Shown here: positions 35,713 to 48,529 of the stretch, one piece after another
How positions within the stretch are numbered: the stretch's first letter is position 1
Layout: every line of letters begins with the position of its first letter
Source: Podospora anserina
Lineage: Eukaryota
Reading direction: 5' to 3'
Length of the DNA: 64,000 bases
NCBI GenBank assembly: GCA_017654855.1
Contig: CM030333.1
Coordinates: 1,674,001 to 1,738,000, forward strand
The notes under the pieces: model-generated
Seen by the model: only the letters and a program-made list of their open reading frames with translations
The model's database searches: none
What the model was told of the DNA's origin: nothing
Position numbers and translations under genes: made by a program

Positions 35713-38700
35713 ATGACGCCGCCGGCCAAAGAAGAGGAAGAGGATCCCTCCAACACACCGATTGCTACAGCGGCGCGCCGCCATTCCACACCCGCCAAAC
35801 CAACAACCACGGCAAAGACACCAAAGAGCGCACCCGCTACCTCGAACAATGCATCGACACAGAAGAAAAAGCCGGAGCCCTCGCTGCTCACGGACTTCTT
35901 CCTGGGCCGCCCCTCACCAGCCCGCCTCGCCGCAATGAAACAGCGCCGGAAGAGTATGGCAGCCGACGCTGCGCATGTACGGGAAGAGTTGCGTCAGGAG
36001 ATGCGGGCCGCTGCTGTCCGGAGACTTCAACAACCCAATGGCGTAACAGACAGAGTGAAGGCCTGGCAGAAGAAGAACGCGGCCGCTATGAAGGAAGCAG
36101 GTGGACCGCCACGAGCCGAGAGCGTTGCGAGCGAACCGACCGAATTTGCTGCCAACCTCCCCCCTGAGAGCGTGACTGAAGAGGACCGAGAACGGATCAA
36201 GTGGCGGAAAAAGGCCAAGAAAAAGAAACCAAAAGACGACAAGATTGAGGTGATCGAAGACGACGACGACGACGACGATGATGATGATGATGGCGATGGC
36301 GAGGAGACAGAAAAGGAGCAACAGCCATCCGGGACCAAGGCTGGTCCATCGGCATCCAAACCGATCCCGGCCAAGGACGCGCCCAAAAAGCGGATTATTA
36401 GTGACGACCACTGGATGAAGCGTAGGCAGGGCAGGAGTCCGCCACGGACAGGTGCTCCGAGGACCAAAGCCGAAGGGAGCCCCACGCCAATTCCAAAGGA
36501 TTTCCTCCAAAAGACGGCAAAGAACCCAACAATTCAAAGCAAAATAAAGGACTGGGCAGCGAGGGTAGAGCCACCAGATCCCGGACAGGCTCCACCGCCA
36601 ATTCCTCGAGTGAAGCACTACCGCCATAAATCCGGGGCGACTATAGCAGTAGAAGAGGATATTGCCAGCATGGCCGCTTCAGAGCCATCATTCCGACCCA
36701 AATCCATGTCCTCATTCGACGACGGTATTCGAGTCAAGCCTTTGAACATAAAAAAGCAAACCAACGAAATCGACGACGGGATTCGTGTCTATCCACTTCG
36801 GAAAAAAAGGGACTCTGCCGATGAAGCGTCTCAACCGAAAAAGAAGGAGCCCGACGATGACGGGATACGTGTACGCCCAACAAAAAGCGACAATGAGGAG
36901 GGTGTGCGGGTGAAGCCAGCTGAAACCAAAAGCGAGTCATCTGCGCGTAGTAAAAAGAAGGAACCTGCGGACGACGGGATCCGTGTAACGCCTTCTGAGG
37001 GCAAGGAAGATGAGCCAAAGCGCACCAAGAAGAAGGATCTCGATGATGATGGGATCCGTGTGAGGCCGGTCACAGATGATGAGATGAAGCATCCCAAAAA
37101 GAAGGAACCCCCTAGCGTGGGAATGCGTCTGAAGCCGGCTGATAGCTTGAAACTGAAGCGCAAAAAGAAGAAGGCACCCGAAGACGACGGCATACGGGTG
37201 CGGCCGGTGGAGAGCAACGATGATGGCATCCGCGTAAAGCCCGTTGTCAGAGATTCATCGCACCCAGACGACGGCATCCGTGTTCAGCCGAGCGAACCAT
37301 CGTCCTCTGAGGCACCCATCCGTCGAAGCAGACCTTACTCTAGTTCTGCTGAAAAGTTAAAGAGAGCGCAAAGCAAGCGAAGAGAGGAAGCTCCTGAGGA
37401 TGTCATTGAGGTTATCGAAGAGGCTGAAACTGAGCTATCTGTCGAGCCGCCTCTGAAGAGGAAGAATTCCCTCCGAAACTCTAGGCGTAGAAAAAGCCAG
37501 AGTCCCCCAGCCGGCACCAAGGCTCGGTCTCGAAATGGACGAGACTCGCCGGAAGTGGTGCCCATTCCCACCTGGCCAACGGCAGAATCCGATGAGGAGT
37601 CAGACAGGGTGCCCCCGACTGTCCTTGGCAACAAGTCTTTGGCTGAGATTCCGTTCGGGTACTCGGCATTCAGCGTGCTCGATTTACCATCCAGTGGCAA
37701 TCCTGATAGGAGCATTCCCAAGAAGCCAAAGGCTCAGCGCAACCCCAGTTTCAAGGCGGTGCCAAAGGTGTTCAAGAAGGTTGTTGAAGGAGCCAAAGAG
37801 ATCATCCAAGAGAGCCTCGAGCCACCACGGCCACCGCCGGCGGCTAACAAACCGGCCAGCATAGAGTCCTGGCTGAACAACACGGTTGATCCTTTTGTCC
37901 AGGCTTCGCCAACAACAGAAACAGCAACGGTCGCCGATACACAAATCAGCAGCGAACCGCCCATAAGGGAATCGCGTGAGACACTGGAACCACCGGTAAA
38001 GCCCGAAAGTCGACCAGCTGCCGAGAAGCGGCCAAAGGAAGAAGGAAAGAAGGCGAAGGAAAAAGAGGCAGCAGCACCGGCCCCTACACCATCTTCGAAA
38101 AGGCCAAAGACCCCAAAGTCAGACAGTAGCAAGGGCAAGGCAAGCTCGCAGGGCGAAGACAGCGATGCGACAGCGAAAAAGACGAAATCACCGGTCAACC
38201 AGGAGGGTCTGAAGAGGAGGCGGGCCACCAGAGGAGCTCCAGTTCCTGCGAAATCTGGAGGGAAGAAGCCTCTCAGAGAAATCCTCAAAGATGCCTTCCG
38301 CGGTGAATCGGGCGGTTACAAGCTTCCCCCTGCAGTTTATCCCAGCTGTGAGGCTTCCGAGTACGACGATGAGTACTCTGAGTACACGGAATCAGAAGTC
38401 AGCACAGAGCGCCCTGGGTCTTCCCACAAAAGGCCTATCTCGGACTACTCGTCATATTACTCGTCTAACTACGACTCACTCTTGTCTTCGGACGTGTCTG
38501 CTCAGGAGCCACCACGCAGAAGACCCCCTCCCGTCAATGGCGGCGGGCATGAATTGTCAACTATCATTTCCGAAGAGGCTAGTACCGTGAGCGCGACGGA
38601 TACCATGTCCGAGATCTCTCACACCACCGTTACGCAACCCACAGCAACACCACTCACAGAAAGAACTGAGCTCTCTCGTCACCGAAGTCACAGGGGAAGC

Positions 38701-41700
38701 CGGAAGGGCGGGAGCTTGAAACGCCGCCTCACCAAACATTCGGACATGATATCAGTATTATCACTGCCTGACACGGGCGAAATCGTCCCGCCCAGTCGAT
38801 CAAGAAGCGTAAAGTCCTCCCGCAGCCTCCACCGCAGGCCAAGCAGGGTGGACAGGGGCAGGATTGACGAGCTCCTAGACGAGTTTGCCGACGATGAGTA
38901 CTTTTACCAGCGCGAGCTGAAGACCTTGGTGGACGGTGTGATTCCGGTGCTGTTGACACACGTCCTTCGCGGTGACAGCCTCTTTGGCCGTTCCGAGGCT
39001 GGCAGGAACAAGGCTGATGCCATGGCCAAGTCTGTGGTCAACATGGGTGTGGTGCTGGAGAAACTCAAGAGCTCCCATAAGCAGGTGCCGCTCGAGAACA
39101 TTTATCACCTCCTGACGTGGGTGGAGGATGTATCGCCGCTTTATGACAGTTATGTTGACGTTTGGCGGCTTGGGTTTCAGGGTCTTATTATCAACCTTGC
39201 GCCCAAATTGAAGGGCATGAATGATAATGATTCGCTCTTGAATGCGCTGCCCATCAATGAGGATGGTGATATTATTGGGGAGAATGGGGAGAGGGTGGAT
39301 GTGGCGTTTTTGTTGAAGAGGCCCCTGATTCGGCTCAAGTGGATGACAAAATTCCTTAGGGTAAGTTGATACTGCTATATAGCTCTGGTCCTTTCAATTG
39401 TGAGAGGTGGGTGGGGGCGAAACTTGTTACTGATGTTGCCATGTCTAGGCTGCTGTGCTTGTCGTTAATACGTCTGACACGGAGCATCTGCTCTCGGTAT
39501 TCGAGTCCCTCCAGGAAAAGGCTCGCAAGCGGCACCGAGAGGAGAATGCTCGTATCACGGACGAGGATGCAAGAAATACGGACACCACTCGTGCTCGAGA
39601 CCTGCGCACTCTGATGCCTCTTGATGGGGTGGGCATTGAGCAGACGCGCCAGGTCGCTGCGCTGGATGTGTTCGCGCTCGATCTGGACCATTCTACCGGG
39701 CAACGACTCGAGTGTCAAGTTGAGATGATTCATCGAGATAAGCCCGATGTTCCTGCCGATAAAGGAGATGTTTTGATCAGGGAGATTGGCAACGATTCTA
39801 GATCGTGGCTACTGTTCCCACCTGTGCCCATGGCGTACATTTCTGCTCGTCCTAGCGAGACGGACCAGGCTCTGGTGGTCATGATTCGTGGAACCCACAA
39901 TGGAGTGGAGTGGTATGAACTATTGAAGCTATCCACAAACAGTGAGGAGCAAATTACTTTTTGGCTGGATGTTCTGGGAAGCAGCCCCATGCCGCCACTC
40001 ACTCGCCGGCGGCCAACAAGTGCTGTCATGGGCAGCACTTCGCCCAAGCCAGAAGATATTCCAGTTGGCGAACGCAAGCTTGGGTCTGATAGACCTACCA
40101 CCCCTTCGCGTTACCGCCCACGAAAGGTGGTGGAGTCTCCTCCCACCTCTCCTGCTCATGATGATGCAGATGTGTCGCCTGGGCGGACACCTACCAGAGC
40201 CACATTTGCGCAGCATCACCCGCCGGAGGAGAGAGATGAAGCTCGCTGGGAGGGCCCGTCGTCCTACGACACCCCAAAAGCCTCGAGGCCGGCACCCAAC
40301 ACGACCCCCTTTCGCGAGGATGGCGCCCCTCCTCCGCCTATCCACCGGACTCTTAGCGAAAAGTCCAACAAGCTTGCTCCCCCGGTTGATCTCAAGGTCA
40401 CTGGGGTCAAGCGCCGAGGGTCGTCGCCGCTCAAGCACGAGTACCACCCGTCCGATGTGTCGTCTGACAGCTCGACCGAGGTGAGCGAGGATTCAGAGTC
40501 TTCGTCGTCTTCCAGCGATGAGCTTGATGAGGATGAGGTGCCGGACACGATCCCTGGGTACAGCATCAAGACCGCGCCGCAGGTCGCTTCCGTCGAGACG
40601 GTGGTGTCGGATGATAATAGTATCACGCCTGATCATTCCGCTTCGCAGGTCGGGGTTTCGAGCCAGGCGGCTGAGAAGCAAGAGGGGGAGGAGGGGCAGA
40701 AATTTGTGGCTTCTGTCTCGTATTGGTCTTCCAAGAAGGGGATGTGGAAGGATATTGTCAGCGGTGGCATGACGTCTATTGTTGTGCGTCCTGGTGTTAT
40801 GGAGGTTCACCGGCTGAGCAAGGAGCAATCCAAGGCTTATCCTCTGCAGTCGTCGGGTACTTCAGAGGTGGACATTTCCCACCAGGACGCTGGGAGCAGC
40901 GCCCCGCTTATCGCGCTGATTCTTACGCCGGTGGTTATGATCCGCCGCAGCACGGCGCTGGATCTGGAAGTCAGGAGTGTGGCTTCGCCCGAGTCGAGGC
41001 TCAAGACTGACAGCACGATGTATCGGTTCCGCGCTGGGACGCAGACGGAAGCGCACAGTTTGTATGAGGCGGTTCACTTGAGCAGGTTGAATAATGCTAG
41101 GTACATTCAGCTTGCCGAAGAGGCAAGAGTCAGATCGTTCGGCACGGCGACGGGGGTTCCCGGGGAGGGGAGTGCGGATGGGGACGGGAGCAGCAGGAGA
41201 CGGAGCTGGTTCGGGAGGAAGAATTCTTACCGGGCGAGCACGCGGGCGCCGAGCGTGTCGCAGCATAGCATGTCGAGCACCATCTCGGCGGGGAGCTTTT
41301 TGAGGAGGCTGCTGGGAGGGGGGAACAATACCTTTAATATTGAGGAGTCGACGTTGGATAAGCCGCCTAGGATGAGCACGGGCACTGTTGGGTACTCGTC
41401 TGGTGCTTCTTCCGGGGAGGGGGCGAGCACGCCGCCCAGGAGCGTCAACATGTCGTTGTCGGGGTCTGCCTCCCGGGCGTGGTCGACGGGGTTGGCGAAA
41501 CCTTTCAGTCCTGATCAGCCGTTGGAGATTCGCTGTCATCTTAATGTGCAGAATAATCGGTGGTTGGACAAGGGGGATTGCATCCTGCACATCTCGCGCC
41601 CGCCTCCGGGAGTCAGGCAGGAGCTTTCGCTTTATCACGGGTTGGAGAAGAGGATCATTGTTACGCATGCGAGCAAGAAGGTGGGGGATAAGCCGTTGAT

Positions 41701-41932
41701 ACTGCTGGATGCGGTGCTGGGGAGCAAGTGCTTCAGTCTTTTGGGGAGCAAGGGGGTGATGTGCTCTGTGTGGGAGGACTTGAGGGATGAGGAGGGGAAT
41801 GTGGGTGTTGCGCCGAGGATGGGGGGTTTGAGCGGACGGGTGACGAAGTGGTGTTTTCAGTGTAGGAATAGTCAGCAGGCGGATTGGATCATGTGGCTCG
41901 TCACGGCTGAGGTGGAGGGGTTGGTTGTTTAG
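35713..41932 (+). CDS. Large (~2043 aa) protein with disordered repeat-containing N-terminus, degenerate Dbl-homology (RhoGEF-like) region and probable PH-like domains, 2 exons
   Basis: Exon 1 35713-39360, intron 39361-39448 (GTAAGT..CTGAT..CTAG), exon 2 39449-41932, in frame. DH-like helices (IDELLDEFADDEYFYQRELKTLVDGVIPVLL ... FLLKRPLIRLKW) are followed by beta-rich segments. Confidence 0.85.
36718..37290 (+). repeat. Coding repeat: 10 copies of (D/E)DGIRVxP
   Basis: DDGIRVKP, DDGIRVYP, DDGIRVRP, EEGVRVKP, DDGIRVTP, DDGIRVRP, SVGMRLKP, DDGIRVRP, DDGIRVKP and DDGIRVQP in the translation, encoded with varying synonymous codons. Confidence 0.9.
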
Positions 41933-42824
41933 GGGGTGGCGGGCCCTTTTGCCTCTGGGGGTGGTAAAGGGAGTGCGAACAAGGAAAGGGGGAGTGTGGA
42001 TGGGGCGAGCTTGGGGAGGAGTAGTAGCAGTGGTGGGGGCGGTGGGAGCATAACGCTTGTGGGGAGTGGAGGGGGGAGTAGTGGTATTACCCTTGTTGGG
42101 AGTGGGGGTGGGAATAGTTTGGGGAGGAGGGTTAGTTTGAGCCGGAGTAGGAGTGGGAGTGGGAGTAACAAGGGGAGGGAGGTGTTGCTGATGGGGATGG
42201 AGAGGTTGAGGGGGGTTAATAGATGGAGTGTGAATTGGTGAAAGTTAATTACATATTATGGGGTGGGGGAGGGTTTACTTGTTTATAATCATGTTAATCG
42301 AAAGGGGGGGAGGAGGCATGCGCGCATGGTGGGTGTGTTTGGAGGGAGTTTATTACGGATTTTTGGGATACCCATACACAGGCAGTCATGAAAGCATTAG
42401 GAAGAGGGGGGGGCGGTCGGGGTTTCTCTGTTTAGTTTGATGGGCATTGCATGCGTGGCTTACATGAACATACCCGAAGTTTTTAAAAAGTTTTGGTTGT
42501 ATTTTGAGGGTTAAGTTTGCTAGATGTGAGATGGTTGTGATTGTGATTGGGCAAAGTATGGAAGGTAGTTGAGGTAGTCATGAAGTTGAGACGATGATCG
42601 AAGTGTTCAAAGTGTCTGAGGTACCTTTTATCGTCTCTCATATTCAGGACGAAAAAGGGACAAGGCACCGAACAGTTGAAGACAAATAATACCAAGATCT
42701 CACTTGCTCAACGAGAACTGATTAACCTGGTCAAAATTACCATCACACACCACACCATGGCTATTAATTACATTACATGACAGGGCATCTCTGTCTGCTT
42801 TTTCTGCATCTCAGTCCCCCCCCT

Positions 42825-44653
42825 TCACCACCAAATACTAGCCTTGCACATCCTCCCATCCGTCTGCTCATTCACCTTCCACCTCTCACTCCCCACCGCG
42901 TTCCTCGCGTAAAAGAACCCCTCGGGGTCATACCTCAGCTTGATGGCCATCAACCTCGCGTAATTGGTCCCAAAGAACTCCCTCTGGAACCTCGGCTGCT
43001 GGAAGTCGGCCTCGTTCATGTACGCGCCCGAGTTGGGGGTGATGCTCTCAATCGCGGGCATGATATCCTCGGTCATGAGCTTCTGGTTGGCAATCATGTC
43101 GTTCCACTTGGCAGGGTCAAAGCTCCAATCGGTAGTCAGAGTGGCGTGGACGAGCGTCTTTCTCCAGGCGGGGAGGACGGCGTTGGCCGAGTTGCGGCCA
43201 AAGGAGGAGACGTCGGTGCCGACGCCGATGAAGGTGACGCCCTTCTCGGCGATGTAGCGCGAGGTCTGGGAGAGCTTGGCGGGGGTCTTGGTGAAGGTGT
43301 CGCGGGGGATGAGGCGGCCGCCGTACTGGGCGATGCCGATCTGGATGGCGCCGATGGGGAGGGGGCCAAAGTATTGGTCGTAGTGGTCGTAGTAGTTGAC
43401 CGACTGGGAGTAGGCCGCGTTGAAGTTGACGCCGAGGGAGGTGAGGTTGGCGAGGAAGGGGGCCATGATGGTCTCGACTTGGGCGGCGGTCTTGTTGTAG
43501 GCGGTGACGGGGGCGATCATGAAGAAGTTGGAGGTGAAGTAGTAGACCACCATGGTGCCGGCGTCGACCATGGCGGGGAGGGCGGCGTGGAAGGCGTCGA
43601 TGCCCTTGTAGAAGGTCTCGGTGGGGTTGTTGGCGGCGAAGAAGGAGACGGTGGCACCGCCGACGTAGCTGTCGGGGAAGGTCTTGAGGGTGACGCTGAC
43701 GACGACGCCGTAGTTGCCAGGGCCACCACCGGAGAGAGCCCAGTAGAGGTCCGAGTTTCTGGTACGGGACGCGGTGAGGAGCTGGCCAGAGGCGGTGACG
43801 ACCTCCCACTCGAGGGTGTTATCGGCGGAGAGACCGAAAGATGTGCTCAGGGCGGAGTGACCACCACCCTGTGTATAGCCACCAGCAGGGCCAACAGTAG
43901 GACATTCACCACCGACAACGATCTGGTTGACCTTGAGGCCTTCGTTGAGGAGGTCAAAGCCTTGGACACCGGCTCCGATCTTGACGGCAGTACCCTTGTA
44001 GTACTTGTCATTGTAGTTCTTCCACTCAATGCTCTTCATCTTGTGGGTCCAGACAGACAGAGCACCGGCACCGGTAGACCGGGCAAGGTAGTCATGACCA
44101 GTGTTGCGGACGACGAAGCGGATGTTCTTTCTCCTGGCAAAGTTGATGGTAGCAATGATGTCCTGAGCAGTCTCAGCAGCGACTGCATATCTGACATAGT
44201 TGCCCAGTGTGCACGGCTTGCCCTGAGCAGTGAAGGGGTCACAGCTCTGGTTGGCAAAGAAAGGGGCCATGATGGAAGCCGAGTCATTCATGCTGCCAGG
44301 GGTGTCAGCAGCGTCAGCAGCACGGTGGTTGTTGGACGATCGACTTACTGAATGTCGGGCATCTGCCAGCCATCACGCAATTGTTGGCATCTGACGGGGT
44401 CGTAGTTGGGATCATGGCAGGCCTGGGCGAGTGGGACCGTGGCGATCAGCTTTCCACCGACGGTCTGGTTGAAGTTGTTCCACTCGTTGGTAGAGGGCCA
44501 GCACGAGTCGCCTGGGAAGCACTTGCACCGAGGGCCGAAGAGGAAGGATTCCAGAGAAAAGGTGGCCGAGTTGGGGTCCAGGCCGAGGATGCTGTCGTCC
44601 TGGGCCAAGGTGCCGGCAGCCAAGAGGCCAGCGGCAAGGAAGATGGACTTCAT
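42825..44653 (-). CDS. Secreted FAD-linked oxidoreductase, VAO/PCMH (berberine-bridge-enzyme-like) family, ~590 aa, 2 exons
   Basis: Signal peptide MKSIFLAAGLLAAGTLA and CKCFPGDSCWP in exon 1 (44653-44349). Exon 2 (44292-42825) has RNTGHDYL (FAD-binding His), GECPTVGPAGGYTQGGGHS and the BBE-type C-terminus GAYMNEAD...YDPEGFFY. Total 1773 nt. Confidence 0.95.
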
Positions 44654-47087
44654 GTTGTTGTTTTTGGTGGAGGAAGCGAATGGACAGAGGTGGCAGTCAA
44701 TCGGGAATTAAAGAAAGACAGAAGTGACTGAAGTGGGGGGAGGCGAAGATCTCCTGAGGGAGAAAACATGTTGCAGGAGGACAGCAAGCCAGCCATCAAG
44801 ACTTTTAAAGAGATCTTCCATCTACAATGGAGCGTCGTAAATCACGGCCGGGCTATCGGGACAGTCCGCGAAAGGGGTTAGTAATTCGTAGACTGGAGAA
44901 TAGTTCATCTGTTGGTCTGAATTCGTGGGGAAAAGGCCTGAGGTGTGTCGGGGTACCATGGAGAACGCATGGACCAAATCTCGGCCAGCTGCTTCTCTGA
45001 CGGGGGGCCATGGCTGGGGTCAGTGGTTGGTTCCGACTTGGCTTGATCTCTGCTAGTTTGCGCTTGATGTTTATACTATCAGGCTTGGTGATGGTCAAGA
45101 CGTCAAACTATCTTGCAGCTGAGAATGTCTGGAGTGTAGATTAGAGACGAGTGCGATACTGAGGCGAGGTGCATGCTTGAAAGGGAGGGTGTTCGGTTAC
45201 ACGTTCGATGCCACATGGCAAATGGGTGAGATGAACCATGAACCAACAAGCTCAGGCACGACCAGATCTTGGGGACGCTGCGGTGCTTTCATCAACCGAG
45301 GCCTCGGCACATTCCGCTGTAGCTGTAATCCGTAATCATATAACGAGCCCGCTGCCCACTTCTTTTGTGATGAATCGCATTTCGTTATGGTCAGCAAAAA
45401 ATGTTGGGCTGCGGCTTCCTCGGAACCCGTTAAGTCTTATTGTGACCCTGCCGTCAAGGACAGGGCTATTGTTTTACAACGTGGAATCAAAAAATAGACA
45501 CAGTTTCTTCTAAGACGCCGGCGTCGACCCCCACACAGAAGCGATAGACTTTTTCTTTTTCTGCGCGCTGAAGAGGCTGGCCAAGGGTCGTCATTATGCG
45601 AGGGATGAGGATGAATAGGATTGGTGTGCCTACCCAGGGTTGATAGTGGGAAAGACCGGCCCCCACTGAATGACCCTGGTTTTCTACGTAGCTTGTTTCC
45701 GCCTGGATCGTGGAGCGCCCGGGGACACTGGGGGCCGTTCCTAGCCTCGCTAGCCTCAGCCGCAAGGGTTCTTTTGTTCTTTGCCAAACGGCGCGATCCA
45801 ACGTCGTCCATATCACGTCACACACGATATTGCAACCTGCGGTGCCAGAACACTCGAGAAAAAGCAACCGTCAACCAGAGAGAGACACTGTTCAACATTC
45901 GAGGAGAATGCCTCTCTCCTATCAGCAATTCTCTCGCTGCCTTCAATAGTTCACAATATGCAGCCAAATCACCCAGCAGTCACCCAGTCACCCAGTCACC
46001 CAGTTTAGTGAGAGACAGGGAAGGGCCCACCATCTTGCAGTTTGCCGGGGGCAAACTCAACTCTAACCATGCATCATCCCCCGAGCGAGCGCCGCACCTG
46101 GAAACAAACCCCGCAGTTGCCCGCCCTTCTCGTCCGCCAACACCAACGGCGTCGTGAGCGTCCAATCCACTCTGATCGTGGCAGCTCATCGCCATCATCC
46201 AAAGTGGAGGCCCGAGGCGACGATCCCGCCTTCCGGAAGGGGGCACTTCCCCTCGGCCACCTTCCCGGATGAGTGATTTTTGATTAATGGCCCTAATTTG
46301 GGGGCGTCGAGCCCGAGCCTGCTAGTTGCTGCTGAGAGGAAGGAAGAGTTAAAGGGCAGAGGAGACAGAAGGAAGGGGCAGAAGGACACTCCCACCGCCG
46401 GCACTTCAAAAAGATTCGCTACCATACCATGGAAACCCTGACTCGAACACAAAAGAAGACGAGGCGATCGGATGGATGATCCCGTGGCATTCTTCTCAAC
46501 CTCCATGGGCCGATCCTGTGATAGAAACTCGGTGTACTCCACTGGCCACAACAACAGTGTGCCAATCGCATCAACTGTGGCAGCCAAGCAGCCATGCTCA
46601 CTGTTTCTCGAAAAAAACACCCCCCCGTGATCCCCTACACGCACATCCCGCGCAGTGGTATCTGAGGTGGCTCTCCTTGATCTTCGCGGCCTTGAAGAGC
46701 CCAGCGTGTGGCACACCCTCGGCCAACGCACCGATTGGTGAATAGACAAACACCCCCAGAGCAAGAGACCCGAAACCCCTGCCAAGTGACCGACTTCTCT
46801 TTCCCAGAGAGCATGATGCAACGCTTTCTGCATGGTTTCTGAATTCGATTCGGGCCTGCCGTTACAACAGTGGCAGAATTCCCTGCCCGCTTGGTGCGTT
46901 GCCTTGACCTCTCTCCTAAACCTGCTACCTAGCATAGATTGTATAAGTCCAAGGGGGCGTCAATATTCGTCTCTGATACAGAGAAACATGCACATACCAC
47001 CTCGAGGATAGCACGGCTTGTACGGTGTATATCCCTCCTCCTGCCTCCCCCGAGACGTCGTGGGTTTCGAGGGCCTTGTCTGAACTT

Positions 47088-47118
47088 TCGTCTCGTCTCG
47101 TCTCGTCTCGTCTCGTCT
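47088..47118. repeat. (TCGTC)~6 pentanucleotide repeat in the leader of the Pth11-like gene
   Basis: Direct tandem repeat. Confidence 0.8.
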
Positions 47119-47198
47119 CTGGTTCTCGACGCTCTCCGTCCGACGTGCAGATCAACCACCATCTCTGGTTTCGAACCCTCCCGAAATCGTCAGTCAAC

Positions 47199-48529
47199 AT
47201 GGGCTGGACATTCAACACCAGGGACCCGGATGCCCCTACCATTGGGCCGTTGATCACTGGAGTTTCAGCTGCTCTCACCTTTGTCTCTCTCGTGACGGTA
47301 TGTCTCCGGGTCTATGTGCGGGCTGCCATGATCAAAGCCTTCGGTGTCGGTAAGACTCCCACGCGAGATTTGGGTGTGTCGATATCGCCTCTAACCTAGT
47401 TGTCCACTCACAGATGACTACCTAATTCTCATCACTTGGGTGTGTGCGGCTGGCTTTGCCGTCGTCACCATTGTTCGTGAGTAACCTCGAAGAAGAAACA
47501 CCAAGCAGCGAAGAAGAAAAGAAAAGCACTAACATCTCGGCTGTCCAGAAACAAAATGGGGTCTTGGTCTACGGAACATTGATGACTTGCCCCCCGAAAA
47601 TATTTATAACTTTGGGCTTGTCAGTGTGCCACCATCAACCTAGCAAAGAAAATCATCATGAGGCTAACCGCCATCACCAACAGATTCAATACATGGGCGC
47701 ACCATTCTACATCAGCAGTATCTTGGGCTTCAAACTAGCCCTGCTGTTCTCCTACCTTCGCTTCATCCCCAAGGGTATCTACCGATACATGACCATTGGC
47801 GTCATCGTCGCCTGCTGTCTCTTCCACCTTTCTTTTCTCATCGTTCAGATCAACCTCTGCCAGCCAATCGCTTTACAATGGGACCCAACCATCACAGAAG
47901 GATCCTGCATCAAGGGAGTGCCCTTCTACACCAGCATGGCCTCCCTCACCATCGTCTTTGACGTTATTGTGTAAGGCCCTCTTCCCTCCAACCCAGCCTA
48001 GACCCGTCACTGACTGATTTTCCCCTGTAGTATGCTCACCCCCTTCCCCGTCCTCGTCAAATCCCGCATCCAAAACCGCAAAAAGCTCGTCCTCCTCGGC
48101 CTCTTTGGTCTCGGCCTCTTCATCACCGTCATCCAAATCATCCGCATCCAAACCGTCAAGCAACTGGCCAACTACCTCGACTCGGCCCCGTTGATCCTCT
48201 GGTCCGCCGTGGAAAACAATCTCGGTATCATCGTCGCCAACGTGCCCACCCTCGCCCCGCTGGTCAAGTACTACAATGAGAAATCCACCGGTGGAGGAAG
48301 TGGTCTCCGCTCCAAGAAGACTGGTTACGCCTCCCAGGACGTCGGCTCGAGATATGCGATGAGGACGTGGAAGAGCAACAGGTCCAAGGCGTTGGAATTG
48401 GGCAGTGTGCATGATGCTACGGACGGGAGTTTTGAGGGGCATGTGATGAAGGGGAATACCAGCACCGAGATGATTTTGGATCATGAGGGGATTACGAAGA
48501 AGGTGGAGGTTGTTATTACTCGCAACTAG
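47199..48529 (+). CDS. Pth11-like (fungal rhodopsin-domain, 7-TM) integral membrane protein without CFEM domain, ~356 aa, 5 exons
   Basis: Exons 47199-47349, 47414-47476, 47549-47619, 47684-47970 and 48031-48529 total 1071 nt. Family motifs LRVYVR, GVDDYL, WGLG, KLALLFSYLR, CQPIALQWD, DVIVMLTPFP and WSAVENNLGIIVANVPTLAPL. Confidence 0.9.

Noticed and set aside
42777-44351. 524 aa plus-strand ORF
   Set aside because: Antisense shadow of the strongly codon-biased FAD oxidase, with no recognisable motifs.
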